Source: Azolla caroliniana
Taxonomy: Eukaryota; Plantae; Polypodiophyta
Length of the DNA stretch: 64,000 bases
Assembly (NCBI GenBank): GCA_043228905.1
Contig: JBHGNT010000001.1
Location: forward strand, 33,542,001 to 33,606,000
Reading direction: 5' to 3'
A model generated the notes under the pieces. The model had not been told where the DNA came from. It was given only the letters and a program-made list of their open reading frames with translations, and made no database searches. Position 1 is the first letter of the stretch. Every line of letters begins with the position of its first letter. The position numbers and the translations under genes were made by a program. This document shows, in pieces, positions 11,005 to 25,800 of this stretch.

Positions 11005-14000
11005 ATGTTTCGCCTGCTCCTGAGAACGAGGAGCCAGAGCTCATCCAAGCCTGCCTCACACCCTACTCTCCTTCTTCCTTCAACACCGTTGAAAGACCAT
11101 ACTTGTTGCTGCCCCTCCTTGGCAAGGCCCTCCTCTGCCTCAGATTCCGCCCAATTTGGTCAAATCCTCCCCCTCCCCGCTGCCCTGTTTGCTCTTTCAA
11201 GAAGAAGTTTCAAATCTGGCAGTGGTGATCTCGATGCCCCTAGCAGAACACACGATGAAAGCGAGAATCTGATAACTGATGATGTTCTTCCCCTCGATTC
11301 CCATGGACGGGCCAAAAATCGTTCATTTCCAAGCGAGCATCAATCAAGTTCGGGAGATTATCTGTTAGTTCCCAGAGGAAGTAGTCGGTTACTCCTATCA
11401 GCTGAAAATAGATTATTCTCAGGAGAAGTTAGGTCACTTTCAGGCGAAAACGGTTCAGTTTTGGGTGGAAGTCAGTTACTTTCTCGTGAAGAACAGTTAC
11501 TCATAGGTAAGAAAAGGTCATCTGCAAGAGAAGATCCATTACGTTTGCAGCTGAATGGATTTGTTTCAGCATATACGCGTGGAGTAGCTGGAGTGGTTAT
11601 ACTTCTACTTTTGGTGGCTGCTATCTATCCTTCAAAAGGTGACGATCGCATCTTCGTTTTGCCTGTTCCTTGGAATGTGGTATCAGAGGCCTGGAATTCA
11701 AGCTTGGATGCTTGGAGAAAGATATCAACATGTTATGGCACCTTTTGCAATGCAATTTCGGCATCATATGCGAAATTATTCGATGCTGCGAAAGACACCA
11801 TGATTCTAATCCGATGCTTGAAAGTCATACTCTTTTCAAAAGGGGAAGATTATGCTAATGAATATGCTCTTAGGTGGAGATTGAAGGTAGTTTCCTTGCT
11901 TGCTGACTTGCTAAGTTCCGATAGTGTACGAAGAAAAGCATTGCTGCACGCGAATGGTGGCTCGGTTGTGGATTGGTTACTGGATTCTGTAGGACACGGA
12001 GAATTCGAATGGAGAATGATACAAGATGAGGCTGCCCGAGCTATATCTTACCTTCTGTTGGATGCTACTACTTGTGAGGAGTTACTTCAACGACCATCGG
12101 CGTTATATCATTTATTGCTTTTTAGTGCACCAATCCAGTCTGATGCTGAGCAGAAGGTAAAATATCACAAAAAACCGATTATTTCGAGTACATTGATAAA
12201 ATTACTCAAACTATTTATGTATTTGATATATTATACATATTTTTTTACAACCTTGGGCATTTCTTTGAGTTTGTTTCGTACAACCTTTCGGGAAAATTTA
12301 GGCTTCAGTTAAAGCTCAATGCTCCTTAAATACGAAAACGAGTTTTAGGTTTAAGCATGTGCAAATAGGTCCTGGATACTTACGTATAGGATCCATTGAA
12401 GAAAGCCAAGTTATGCATTTAATAATGATTGTTGACATGGTCATTCAGAAAACAAAGCAAAATGATCTGGAATTTTTAAAGGAAAACAGCAGCAGAACAA
12501 GGGGTCGGAGCATGCTAGTTGCGGCCATAATGGACATCATTACATCAAGCTGCGAAACTGTAAATATAGATGGGATACAGCCAAAGTTGTCTAGAAATGC
12601 TGATGTGAAAGATGTATCAGCAGCTTTGAAGGTTCTTCAGGAGGGAGGACTGCATTTGGATGAGGGTCAGGATGACAGCCAATTTAAGGGATATGATAGC
12701 AGTACAATGAATGGGGTTGGAGGGACCATAGTAGAGGAAAAAACTTTGGTTGATGTCCAAAATGAACAAACCAATCAAACGGATAAAAATGATCAAAAAA
12801 GTTATATTTGGACTCTATATGCCTACTGGGGAAATAAATGGTGGAATTCAAATAAGGATAGTGAGGGGTCAGGTCCAAAAGATAAACTTCTGAGTTTAAA
12901 TGCCACAGATCCTAAAAATTTGAAAGGAAGTATGAAGACCCATGGACTATGGGATGATCTTCAGGGAAAGCATGTTGCTGTGCCATTGGCAGCTTGGGCC
13001 ATAGCGACATGGGCGCACATGTCAAGTGCAAATTGTGAAAAGATATTGGAGCTTGATAAGAATGGGGATGGAATTTTGGCGGCTATAATGGCACCTGAAC
13101 GTACAGTTAAGTGGCATGGGGCTATTACATCACGCCTGATAGTGGAGAATGGATATGAGAATTATGTGGTTCAATGGGGAAATGCACTGCTGAATGCAGC
13201 AAGAGAGGTCTGTGAAACAGAGGATATGCAACTTGCCTTGATCACATTGAATTCATTCTACTCTTGTGTCAAGAGGAGCGTGAAGATGCAAGAATCTGTC
13301 TCAGGAGAGAGTCTTTCTACATTACGGGAAATTGCTACAGAAACATCTAAAAATGCGAACTTGCAAGGAGTGATAGCTGAAGTACTTGATATCTTAAGCT
13401 TCAATGGTGTAGGTTTTTCTGCTCAGGAGGGGAAGAAATGGTGTACTATTCTCTTTCACTGGATGTTTCATGACAGTTTTGAAGATACAACACATTTGAC
13501 AGCAGCGAGAATTCTTGATGATATATTGGAAAAACTTGGTGTCGATGGTGTTCCTCTTTCCCAAACTTGGCTTGCCATGATAATTTTCGATATAATTAAT
13601 GGTGTTGAACCAAACATGACGAAGACAGAGGTGGCTCCGAGCAAATCTAAAGCTCTTGTCCAGGTATCGTCTGTTGCTTTGCAGTAGGAGGATTAGTTCA
13701 CAGGTCAATCATCCCTAACTAAACTAAATTTGTGCTTTCTGGTTTGTAAGGAAATGGTTTTATGCCTGAGTTCTTATTTGTTATTAAATATGCGCACCTC
13801 TTTTTCTGATTTCTTTTTTGTACCTTTTCACCCAATTGCACATTGCATAGAATCGATCAAAGCAGGTGGCAACACAAGCAGCTAATGAAGTGGCAAAGGC
13901 AGCGTGGAAGTCAATGGGTGAAGTTAATGGATTTTTTGATATGAAACCAACCAGTAATGGATCTGAACTAGAATGGGAAGATCTCGCAAAGTTAGATATT

Positions 14001-15863
14001 TTTCGTTCTTTTCCGAAGGGGACAAGGAAAGAAAAAGCAAAGCTTACACCTGTTAATGCTGCTGATGTATCAGCGAAGGCTATGAAAGCGCTCGCAGAAC
14101 TATCGGCAGACGAAGAAAATTACCAGATAAAGATGCTAGAAAAAGGGGCTCTGTATCTACTACGAAGGTTTATGCTCAATGATGATTATGATAAATCAGA
14201 TATGCCATTAAATCAGGCTGAAGAAAAGCGTGTTATGCAAGAAAGTGCTGATGTTGTGTATGTGCCAGAATCAAAGATGCCTCCATCCATTCACCTTCGC
14301 AGACATGCTTTGAGAATGTTGGCAATGTTGTCTCTACAGCCATTGGCGTCCTCATTTTTAAAAGATGACCAAAATTGGTATAGATGGCTAGAGGATTGCT
14401 CTCGCAGTCGAATACCTAATTGCAAGGACTTGAAAACTTGCAGCTATGCTCGGGCAACACTGTATAATGTAGACACTGTAAACAGATTTGCACTGTATAA
14501 CCTTCAGAATTTAAGGCATGAAAAGCGACCGTGGCCTCACTATGAAGACAGAGTGTTTCTGGTTAATACAGAGTCACCCCTTTGGAGATTGTCAACCAGA
14601 GAGAAGCTACTAGAAGCAGCTGGAGATGTGGTAGGTAATGAGGAGGAACAAGCTCTTCTGAATGATTTTGACATGGACGTGGTTTTTGTGCATGGTCTTT
14701 GTGGTGGACCTTTCAAGACTTGGCGCATAACAGATGATAAAGCTGCTACAGTTACGGCAGGTTTGGTAGAAAAGATTGATGTCGATTCAGGGAGAGAAGG
14801 AACTTGTTGGCCAAAGCAATGGCTAGCTACTGATGTTCCAACATGCCGTCTTTTGACTGTAAAATACAAGGTGCATATATAATTATTTGATAATTTTTTC
14901 TTTCCAACGACAAATGTTACCAAGAGTGCCATAGAAAACAACTTTAACAATACTTTTAACAATACTTTTCGAAATACTATCTCATAGTGATGCCATAGTC
15001 ATAGGACCTGTTAATCCTGTTTCTGAAAGAATGAAATTATGTAGTTGATATAACAAAGAGACCTGAACAGATTGGTCCTCAAGATGGCATCATAAACTTG
15101 GAGCTTGGCTTCCAATTTCCCTTGATGTTTGTAAGGAAAGAGTATGTTAGATTTACCATTATTAATGGGAGGTACACTTTTTTGCATATCTTGTGTCAAG
15201 GTAAAAAATATCGATCATTCTTTAAGTAGATATATTCAAGCTATACTATTTTCAGGCAAGATTTATTAAATTCTGTTTGATATCTTGAAAAGTTTCATGC
15301 ATTAACAACGCTTATTAATGCATAAAACCATGTTTTTATTTATCATTGATAACTATTTTGTTTCTGTTTGGGGTTCTGCAGACAAACCTCTCTGAATGGT
15401 CTGGTGCAACATTACCTTTACAAGTAAGCAAATTGTTTGACGTGGTGATTAGAATTTTTGTCTTGCAGAAACTTTGTTTCATAAACTCTATTTTGGGTCG
15501 CATCTTGAACTCTCCTGCAGCACTTGGAAACCGAAATGAAACATGTTCAATCTATGTACAATCATAATAGCTCCATTATTTCATTCCAAAATCTTATGTT
15601 TGACATTTGTATCAACATAGAGGGCATTGAAGCCAAATGGAACTTGACCCATAATTCTGTATACATACATTCTTATTGCACCTTGATTGGAGGTACTTGT
15701 TAAGGGTGGAGGCAAAATCAACATAGATCCATGGATGCCATATTCTTTGTGTGGATAAAGAAGGGATAGTTTTCAATGAAAAAGACTTTGTGAAGACATT
15801 GGGCGGTGTCCTACATGATTGCTGCTGCAAAAGTAAAAAATGCTCTTTCCATAGCTACCTCAC

Positions 15864-15916
<53 letters not shown>

Positions 15917-17947
15917 AAAATGATTCATGATTCAGAATATTCTTGGATATAGATCAGTAAACAGTGACGGATTGAATTACATGTATTGGGTGACTGATTG
16001 CTGGAGACCTTAAGCATGAGTAAAGGAGGATACCATTAGAGAGATCAAGTGGGAAGCAGTGAGATCTTTTCTTATACCTGGAGATGATAATGGATTCCAT
16101 CAGGCACATGGAGGTTTAGAAACCGAGGGAGAGGAGGGGATTACACATTAACCAAAGTTAGAAAAAAATAATCTTAGCTGATTTTGTGGAATTGATAGAA
16201 ATTGTCTGGATTCCATCATTTACATATGGATAGGAGCAGTTATAAAATAGGCGAGATTTAACATTACTGAAATAGAGCTGTGTATATCTTTCCGTACTCT
16301 CCCAATTTTTAAACCACCATAGTATTTCATATTATGGGGTTATAAATATAAACCTGAATCCAGTCCTGCTACAATGGCTGTTTACTCATTCGGTATGGCA
16401 TTGTTTCATAAGTCAAATTGTATATATTCATAGAGAATGTTCTTTGCTGTTTACTAATTCGGTATGGCATTGTTTCATAAGTCAAATTGTATATATTCAT
16501 AGAGAATGTTCTTTGAATTTAAAAGATTTGTTCGCCCATAGGTTGGCATTTGTAAAAAGGAGCATAACAATTATGCTGGTCAAGGAAATAATACTGCTAA
16601 CATATTTTCATAAAACTAGTCCACTCAAAGAATAAAGACAGTAGATGGAAGGAGAGAAGAGAAATGAAACCTACATTTTTGAAGGGAAGATTATAGTTTG
16701 AGTAAATTATTAAGTTTCTTTTGTAGGAAGTGAGTGAGGTACTTCTCAAGAAGCTTTTGGCTGCTGGAGTTGGAGAACGACCTGTGGTGTTTATAACTCA
16801 CAGGTGTGATGAACAAGAGTTAATCAATTTACTACATTTTTTCTACAATTGGGACATAAATCTAATTGGCTTAATTCCTGTATGCGTGCTAGCCTGGGAG
16901 GCTTAGTTGTAAAACAGATGCTGATGCAAGCTGCAAAAGATAAAGAATGCTCAAAGTTTTTGAAAAAGACTGCTGGTGTAGTATGTATATTAGGCTTCTC
17001 CCTTTATCCCTACTATGCTTGATTTTAGATGCTAAAAAAGTACTCTTTATCTCCATAATTGTCTCAGGTGTTTTATAGCTGTCCGCATTTTGGTAGCAAG
17101 CTTGCTGATATGCCGTGGCGATTTGGCTTTGTCATACGGCCATCACCCTCAGTAAGTGAGAGAGTTTTGTATTATAGAACGAAGCTTTTTCCTGTTGGTC
17201 AGCCATGTGAGTACAATTACATAATCTGAGTGGGATATCCTATGATTATATCGTAGACGAGCGAGCTTAGAAGTGGTTCTGCACGGCTAGATGAGCTTAA
17301 TCAGTTCTTCCGTACTCTGAGCAAAGGTGGCCTAGAAGTTCTCAGCTTCAGCGAGGTCTGGCATTCATCATTATTGTCATAATGAAGTTCTATATGTAAC
17401 ACTTAATGTGTATAGATATATGTGATATCTACCTTTGTACATAATGTTGTAGATTTCCACTTATGGTTAGCCACCCTTTTAACATATATACATATATACC
17501 ACATATAAATGTATACTTCTATACCTATATGTCCATAATATATATGTATGTATTTGTAGAAATGTAACATGTATGTACATATATGGGACAACTTGTTGAT
17601 TCATGGAACTTATTCATATTCTTAGACAAAGGTCACTCCACTTGTGGAAGGGTATGGAGGATGGGCATTACGTATGGAGGTTGTGCCCATTGAGTCTGCA
17701 TACCCAGGATTTGGGAAGCTTGTGGTAAGCTACATAAAGTAGAACGTTTGATCTATTTTATATAAGCAGAGATTTGGTGCCGGGTTAATGAATTTTATTT
17801 TATATTGGACTCCTGCAGGTTCTTGATGGTAGTGACCATGTAAATTCTTGTAAACCTCTTAACAAGGATGATGCTGCTTATACTCAAACGTTAGAGTTCT
17901 TGCAAGAAATTTTGAGGTCTTTAAAGGGCAACGATACATCCGGATAG
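11005..17947 (+). CDS. SERAC1-like protein (N-terminal targeting/TM region, ARM-like helical region, C-terminal alpha/beta hydrolase); exons 11005-12156, 12449-13663, 13851-14870, 15382-15423, 16727-16803, 16893-16980, 17068-17151, 17257-17355, 17626-17724, 17819-17947
   Basis: DVVFVHGLCGGPFKTWR, TCWPKQWLATD, TNLSEWSG, VVFITHSLGGLVVKQML (nucleophile elbow split by an intron), FYSCPHFGSKLA and DHVNSCKP are SERAC1/PGAP1-like lipase motifs. All introns are GT-AG and the frame is continuous. Confidence 0.9.
15864..15914. repeat. (GA)n microsatellite
   Basis: Directly visible. Confidence 0.95.
16378..16515. repeat. ~70-bp tandem duplication, intronic
   Basis: ctgtttact.attcggtatggcattgtttcataagtcaaattgtatatattcatagagaatgttctttg occurs twice. 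Confidence 0.93.
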
Positions 17948-19931
17948 TATGTTAGCGTCATTTTCTTGTTATACATTCTGTGAATAGAGAAATTCATCAT
18001 TATACATTTTTTGTATACAATATGTTGTATTGCATAGCTATATATATACAGAAAGTGCTGGAAGCTGCCAGCACTGCTGGAGAAATTTTGTACTAAAATA
18101 CACCAGAGATGGTGAATATGTCATCAAATCAATAAGAAATTATGTAAGATAAATTTGTTGGTCACATTGATACAGCCTTTTGAAATACAAACATTGAGAT
18201 CTGTCCTGCAAAGCTTCACTTCTACTCTTGTTTCGTGTTTATTGTTTATAGAGCCTCAATGGGGAACATACACTTTGGTATTCATTTGTATGTTGTTACT
18301 ATTTGGGAATTTTTAGTATCGCCTACATCTAGCACTACAAGTCTAGAAGATTCAAATGCAAATTTTGTTTATGGAGAAGAAATTGGACAGCACAAATAAT
18401 GTTGCACTATTATCATAGTTTTTATTGAAGGAGGCAAAGTTTTCAAAGGCATCTCTGGTCATGCATATTTATCGATACATGGCCTACATTGAGCTATAGA
18501 TGGTAAGGTCCATTATCATTTCGTATAATCTTCACACTGGTATTTTGTGCTTAGATATGTTGTGCATCCTATATATGATTTGGTGGTCACCCGTATATAG
18601 TTCTAATATCAAATCTATGTGAGGTTTCAAGTGACATGGGCACTTCAAATGTGCAATATGAAGGACAGATTGTAACTATTGGGTCCATTGTTCTTAATCA
18701 TTTATATTGCATTCTAGAATTGGTTGTTTCTCATATAAAAGTAGTGTATTTGTTAAATTTCTTTAAATGCCTTCTCCGGGAAATGCTTATTAGTTCTTCA
18801 TGAACTTGCCTTTTGTTTGTCTTATAAATCGTAGTACTCGTGAAAATAGTTTATCTTACACTTTTGAACTTGTTTTCTTGAATTATATCAAAAACCTTGT
18901 ACCTAGCTATGTAATGTTTTACTTGTATGGGAAATATTTAGTGTTCATGTTTGGAAGCCTTTGAAGGCTTCATTTTCTCAGCATATTTCTCATAGATGTA
19001 ATTGGTCAAAGAAGTGTTATTGGCCATTCATCATTCCCTCACCAACTTATCAAACATCATTCTATCTCGTGAAACTTGGTTGAGGTTCAATCTCAACCAA
19101 TAAAATAACAATATCAACTCAAATGGGTTAAGAGTTCCAATGTTTCCCCAACCAATCAAATATCAATATTGTGGGCCATCTACATGCCATGCTTTTTCAT
19201 TTCATTAATGTCCCAACTACAAAGTGTTTGTATGCGACTTACAAACAAACTACACTTGTATTAAAAATGCTTGAGAAAATGAAGTTGGCGTTGCATACAG
19301 TATCATTTATTCGAAACGAATTACATAATCTTGCCACTAGCCAAATGTTATGCATATGTGCAATGCTCATAAATTAATATGAGACTGTTTTTACTTGTGA
19401 TAGGAAGATGTCAATCAATTTGAAAAATACCTTTTGCACTAGGACCCCATTTCTCTAATTAAGAGTTAGAAGTGTCCAACCAATATAACTCCAAAGACGA
19501 CTTCATTAAGAATCCATTTCTTTCTACTATCTAATTTTAGGACAAAGACTGAAATATATTCGAGTTTTCTCTTCATTTCCCAAGATTCCCCGAGGCTTTT
19601 GTTATCTTCCTGAATGCCATTGCGAGCCCCTCTACGGACAATTTATTGGCTTTATTTCAGCAATTTCCTATTTGCCAAAGGTTTTAACCAAGGGCATTTC
19701 GGGAAATAAGCAGAGCTGAGGGGCATAATGGAGATAAAGAACAATATTTTCTATTAAATCTTGACCTTTCTTCCAGCCCTCCTGTTCAATCACTAAGTGT
19801 GTTTTAGGGTTTCTAACTGTTCTGTGCAGTGTTTTAGGGTTCCTAACATTGCGTGAATGAAAATGTAGTACGTGCTGATATAACGTTAATGTTTCTTCGG
19901 TTGTCCTTCTACAGCTAGAAGGAAACTAGCT

Positions 19932-21929
19932 ATGGCAGCATCAATCCTTCACAAATCCAAACATTTAAGATGCTATGGAAAAGGAGAACACAAGCGTAAG
20001 CTCATCATTTCAAAAGTCAAACCGATATCTGAGAGTGTCGTAAAAACTAACATACAAGAAGAGATACACGCAATTTGCAGTGTTTTGAAGGATCGATGTT
20101 GGGATGGTGATATAGAACAAATGCTAAAGAATGTTGTAGTTGGTAAATTAACTACGATTCATGTTCAAGAAACCCTTAAACAGATAAAGAATATTCATAC
20201 GTCGGTTGGATTCTTCATTTGGGCTGGAAAACAGGTAGGTTTTAGACATAACTCTGTTACTTATCATTCTATACTCAAGCTTGTTGGTTATGCTGAAGAA
20301 TTTCAATTCTTAGAGAAGCTTTTGCTTGCAATGAGATCAGATAAGTGTAAATTGAATACCACCACTTTTAATATAGTCATTTCGAGCTATGGAAAAGCCG
20401 GTTTAACACGCAAAGCTTGGTCTACTTTTGCCAAAATGAGAGCTTTTCGGTGTATTCCTGACACTTTGACCTATAATGCACTCATGAATGCTTACGTTAA
20501 GAAAGGAGCATGGAACCGAGTGAAAGAACTATATAGCCAAATGTTTGAAGTTGGCCCGACTCCCGATTCATATACTTTTAACACTCTAATTGATGGCCTT
20601 CTGAAAGCAAAAAGGATGAATGATGCATCATTGATGTTGCGAGAGATGGTTATTAATGGATATTCACCCTCTGTGGTCTCTTATAACACTCTGATGGAGG
20701 GTCTTTGTGAAGAAGATAAAGTAGATGAAGCTTGCATTCTAATGGGCAATATGATGAGGAATGGTTGTATTCCAACAGTGATTACTTACAACATTTTGAT
20801 CAATGGAATGTCTAAGGTTGGGCGAATGGTCGATGCTCGTATAATTGTTCACTTAATGCAAGAGATTGGTTGTTTTCCAAATGTTCATACCTATACAATA
20901 ATCATGAATGGATGCATGAAGACCCATGAGACCAATGAAGCTTGGAGTACATTTCTTGCGATGAAAAAGAGAGAATGTGTTCCTGATATTATTACATATG
21001 GAGTCCTTATGGATGGATTCTATAAGGCAGATAAGTTAGAAGCGGGATTTGAACTCATGGTAGAGACATTAGCGATGAAAATCCCTCTCAACACTGTTGT
21101 ATATACAATGTTGCTAGATTGTCTGTGTAAGACCAATAAGGCTGACTTGGCACATACAATTTTAGATGATATGCTATGCAATCGATGCATTCCTGATCTG
21201 ATAACTTACCGAGCTCTAATAAATGGTCTCTCCAAATCGGGTAAATTCTCAAAAGCGTATGAAGTAATGATAGAACTGATCAAATACACGTCTAGCACAC
21301 TGGATCTTGCAAATATCAAGGCAGTGATAGATGGACTGTGTAAAGGTGGATACATCAAAGAAGCTATGGAGTGGTTCAATGGACTTCCTCACAACAAGAT
21401 AGTCCCTGATATCATTCTTTATAAAGTGATTATAGGGTCTGCTTATAGAAAGGATTGGTTAGGGGATGCTTATACCGTTATGGAAGCAATGATGAGGGCG
21501 GGTTTCTATCCTAATGCAAAGTTCTTTTATGACATGATACTTGGATATTGTGAACAAGGCAAATTTGATATGGCAAATAAGGTCTTGGAGGACATGATGG
21601 TGAATGAAAAGATTTTACCCATAGATTCCTCGAAGGACTGGGATTATAATGAAAACGATTTCTCTAGTGCCATCACTCTTTTCTACACATCTATGGATAG
21701 AGTTCCTCCACAACAGATTTTGTCATTTGTAGAAGCATTTCTTTACCTCTGTCAATGCGGTGCTTTTTCACTTGCAATAAAGCTTCTTGAGAGGATGATG
21801 ACGCGTGAGTTTTTCAAGCCGATGTCAGGAGGCATGAAAATTCTTCACACTTGGTTGAGCCATGGTGAGTTGCATAAGGTTATGATAGCTTTGTCAGGGT
21901 TACGTATTCAAGGGAAGATGTCTGCCTAG
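19932..21929 (+). CDS. P-class pentatricopeptide repeat protein (665 aa, intronless CDS)
   Basis: Tandem 35-aa repeats (TYNALMNAY.K.G, TFNTLIDGL.K, SYNTLMEGLC, TYNILINGM.K.G...PD/PN) follow the typical FFIWAGKQVGFRH preamble. No E/DYW domain. Confidence 0.95.
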   Translation: MAASILHKSKHLRCYGKGEHKRKLIISKVKPISESVVKTNIQEEIHAICSVLKDRCWDGDIEQMLKNVVVGKLTTIHVQETLKQIKNIHTSVGFFIWAGKQVGFRHNSVTYHSILKLVGYAEEFQFLEKLLLAMRSDKCKLNTTTFNIVISSYGKAGLTRKAWSTFAKMRAFRCIPDTLTYNALMNAYVKKGAWNRVKELYSQMFEVGPTPDSYTFNTLIDGLLKAKRMNDASLMLREMVINGYSPSVVSYNTLMEGLCEEDKVDEACILMGNMMRNGCIPTVITYNILINGMSKVGRMVDARIIVHLMQEIGCFPNVHTYTIIMNGCMKTHETNEAWSTFLAMKKRECVPDIITYGVLMDGFYKADKLEAGFELMVETLAMKIPLNTVVYTMLLDCLCKTNKADLAHTILDDMLCNRCIPDLITYRALINGLSKSGKFSKAYEVMIELIKYTSSTLDLANIKAVIDGLCKGGYIKEAMEWFNGLPHNKIVPDIILYKVIIGSAYRKDWLGDAYTVMEAMMRAGFYPNAKFFYDMILGYCEQGKFDMANKVLEDMMVNEKILPIDSSKDWDYNENDFSSAITLFYTSMDRVPPQQILSFVEAFLYLCQCGAFSLAIKLLERMMTREFFKPMSGGMKILHTWLSHGELHKVMIALSGLRIQGKMSA

Positions 21930-22654
21930 CCATATGCAGGCAATTTTCCAAGACTGTATTACTCAAGAAAATAAATGCATGTAACCATATGAAAGGTAAT
22001 CCTTATTCAGGTATTATTCTTTTTTCTTCTCCCATCTAAGAAAAGGGCAAATCATGTTATATGTGCTGTTCTGAGTAGTCAACTTTTAGAAAACATGGTA
22101 GGATATCATTCTATGAGCTTATACATGTCAATAATTCACATTGTGTTTGCTGTAGTAATCTAGAACATACAGTCTCGATTCTAACATATTAGCTGATTTC
22201 TTTCATGGCTATTAGGTTATTTTCAGACCACCAGGATGGATAACTATGTCTATCGATCCCCACATATATATATATGAGAGAGTAGAAAGGTATGAGCTAT
22301 TTCATCCAACCAGTCTAGTGACGGCATTTTGATTGAGTAAGAGCTCAAAAGTTTTTTCCAAAGTTTTCTTAAGCTGCTCCATTCCATGTAAGCATTTTTT
22401 TCTTGAAGCATTTAAATAGTTAAGAACTCTTTTCTAGATTTCATTGGAAATATTTTAGACTTAGAAATGGTCTTAATGCAACACTTATGCCTTATGTTTT
22501 GTGTATTGACTGCAGATAGACAAAGGCTGAACAAGCTACAAATTTCAGATCAATTGGTCACGAAAGAGGAAGGGGAGTAGAATTCAATGATTTAATGTTG
22601 TCACAAAGTAAGTATAGGTATGCTTGCTTGTTAGTTTATCACCTAGCTAGTGTG

Positions 22655-22890
22655 CATATTCTCTGTGTTTCGGTTCGTCGTCTTCTCTTTCATTTTTGTT
22701 TTGTTTGCTTTGGTGGATTCTCCTTTATTTCTCCTAATGTTTGAGTGTTTGTGTCATGACTCAAGAAACGTTTCTGTGTGTTTCGGTTTGTCGTCTTCTC
22801 TTTCTTTTTTGATTTGTTTGCTTTGGTGGATTCTCCTTTATTTCTCTTAATGTTTTAGTGTTTGTGTCATGACTCCAGAAACGTTTCTGT
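22655..22890. repeat. ~110-bp tandem duplication
   Basis: tctgtgtttcggtt.gtcgtcttct...tttgtgtcatgactc.agaaacgtttctgtg occurs twice. Confidence 0.85.
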
Positions 22891-25800
22891 GGTTTCATCT
22901 TCGAAAAACCAAAACCCCGAAACTGTTTCCTAACATAAACCAAAATTTAAAGCATCAGTATCTGAATGTATTATAATTTCAACTTTGAAACAATTTTGTA
23001 ATCTAAGTAAATCTATAAAGCATCATATTTAAATATGATTTGGACGTGGATAACCTTTTTGCACTACAGCATTGTCATTGTTGTGATCTAACATAAAATG
23101 TCCTTTTCTTGGGATACTCGGTTGACTCCAACACGTTTTCTTTTACATATTCTTGGGTCTCATCGTTTTCTTTTGTTTGGATGCACGGAGGACTACACAT
23201 TGTGCATGCTTTTTTGTCCCTGTTAGATGCAAAATGAAATTTTATTTATTCATTTGTTCTAGGAAGAAGTAAGAAAAGGTTGCATCTAGAGCAAGCTCGG
23301 TGCTAAGATGTTTCTTGCCGCATTTCCACATTGGAAGCTCAATGTCTTATTAGTCCTGTCATTCTGGGTGACAATCAGGATGTCTAGGTAGGGACACGTG
23401 CAACAGTAACTCTACCTTGAAAAAATCTATTCAAGAAGTGGTCGATTAAATGCTAATGGAATAAAAGCTATTCAAGAAATAGTTCTATTATCGATTGTAA
23501 AAAAGTATTCATTAATTCAAAACAAGTCTATCAATAACAGTCTGGAAATGAGATCTTTGTCAATAAAAAGAGCTAAGCTTTTTATGTATGAAGGTAGATT
23601 TAAATTGAAGCTCAGAAGGGGCATTGTTTGGTCAATTTTGATGAGAATGCTCTCTAACAGCACTGAGTAAAAAAATCATTTCTTTATTGTATGTGTATGG
23701 AGGAAAATGAAGATATGGGTTGAGAACTCCTTTTGTAATGAATGGCTTTCAATGTATTTGAGATGATGTGTGGTTGATCCAATGATCATGTGGCATTTAC
23801 TCTTCAAATCTGTACTTTATGAGTTGTTTGTATCAACAGGCTGGGGACAATCTTCGATGCAGTTGTAAAATTTCAGCTATTTCTATATATTAATGAGGGT
23901 CTATATGCAATCAAGGTAGATGCTTTAGTAAATCAATATCATGAGGAATCAATCACACATGCTACAAGATTTGATTCCCTGATTGTAGTTAGATAAGAAT
24001 AATAATACAGGATCAAGGTGTTGAACAAGGGTCTCTTTTGGAGAGATACAAATGTTTCATTGATCATAGTGCAGATAATGGGTTTCCCTCAAGTGAGGAG
24101 CACCTTGTTTGCAAACCCTATTGCAACATAAATATAGATGTAGGACAATAGTACTTATTAAAGGACTCTTCAATAGGGATTTTCCTAGGAGATCTGTGTT
24201 CCAGACTTCTCCAATGATTTCATGGATGGGAATGTGTGAATTATCATTCTCATTACTTCGAATCTATATTCTCCACATTCTTCCTTGATCATAATTTGCC
24301 TGATATTGGATTTAGAATCATGTCACCGTACATACATGAGCCCATTAGTTTATTACAGGCACATTCTTCATGTTTACATCACATAATTTGCATGAGGTAG
24401 CATCAGAAAATAGTTGAAGTCAAAATTTTGACTATACCCACATATTTTCAGATACAACTTTTTTATTGCATAGCTTGTAGATTGTGCTCCATTCGTTTCT
24501 TATATGATATCATCTATTTGATCAGATATTGGTATTAGCTTTTGTATTACAATAGAGGTGAGATGAAATGTCTCCTTCTGTTTTATATATGTACATTTCT
24601 CAAGTAATATACTAAGGTGTATATCTTTCTTGAAAAAAAAAAAAAAAAAGTATGCTTACTAGCATGTGGGTATGGTCAAAATCTAGTGTCATTTTATTAT
24701 CAATCCTAACAAAATGCTAATGAGAGTATATATTTGAAGATGAGCTTGGATATGCAAATATTGTGCAAGTCATGACTCCATAAAGTTAATTGTTATGTCA
24801 TATTGCATGTAGATATCCCACTACTATTTTATTGTTAATTTGGTGCAATGTTCTAAACAATTGATTTTGTATTGTTTTGTCACATGTGAGTTGGTTTCAA
24901 GGGGATTGCAAAGGTTGGAGGGCAACTATGTAAGCGTGAGGCTTTATGGTTATGGTTGGTAGATTCTACAAGACTATTTAAGCTACTAAACACCAAGGAG
25001 TATTGTTTCAACCTATTCTTCTCAACTTACCCATATCCATACATTAAACAATACAAGTTTTCATGGATTATGCTCAATCTTTGTGCAAAAGATTGTTATG
25101 CTTCAAATTTAAGTATTGAAAGATGTTAGGACCATAACAGTTGTACATTATTATCACAATTTATGGAATGTATTGGAGTCAGTCACAAATGGTGTCTCTC
25201 ATTTTCACAAGTAGATATAACGCCACCATAATTTTTTGTTCAATGGTGGTGTGATACAAATGGTTTCAAGAAACACATATTTGACATATCTTTATTTGAA
25301 AACATTGCATTTAGTCACAATTCAATATTAACCATAGGGGCCTCTTGGTTGCAATGTCAATGGTGCCACCTAACCCCTTTGTTATTTTCCAATCTAAATC
25401 ATCCTATGCTCACACATTTGGGATCAAACAGATTTTGGATAGTGAAATTGTTGGTCTCTACCTCCCTAGGGAAAGCAGTTTGTGGCTCAACGTTTGTTGA
25501 TGATATCCTTTCCTCTTTGTATGAGCTACTTCGATTAATGTTCAAATAGTTTTGGTTTATTCTGATATATTTTCCACTAGGTTGAGCCTTAACATTTGTA
25601 AATAAACTAAAGGCTCATGTAGAGAGGCCCTTGTAGAATGGTTTGGTTGGTGAGGTCATGATGCTCACAAATGCAGATTAGTTTGTTTAAGATTCATGCT
25701 AAATTCTCATGTTGAATGTAGGGTTAGCCATTGCATGTTCATTTTGTTATGGCCAATATTTATGCATCGTGCATTTGGCATAGGGTACAATTGATGACTT

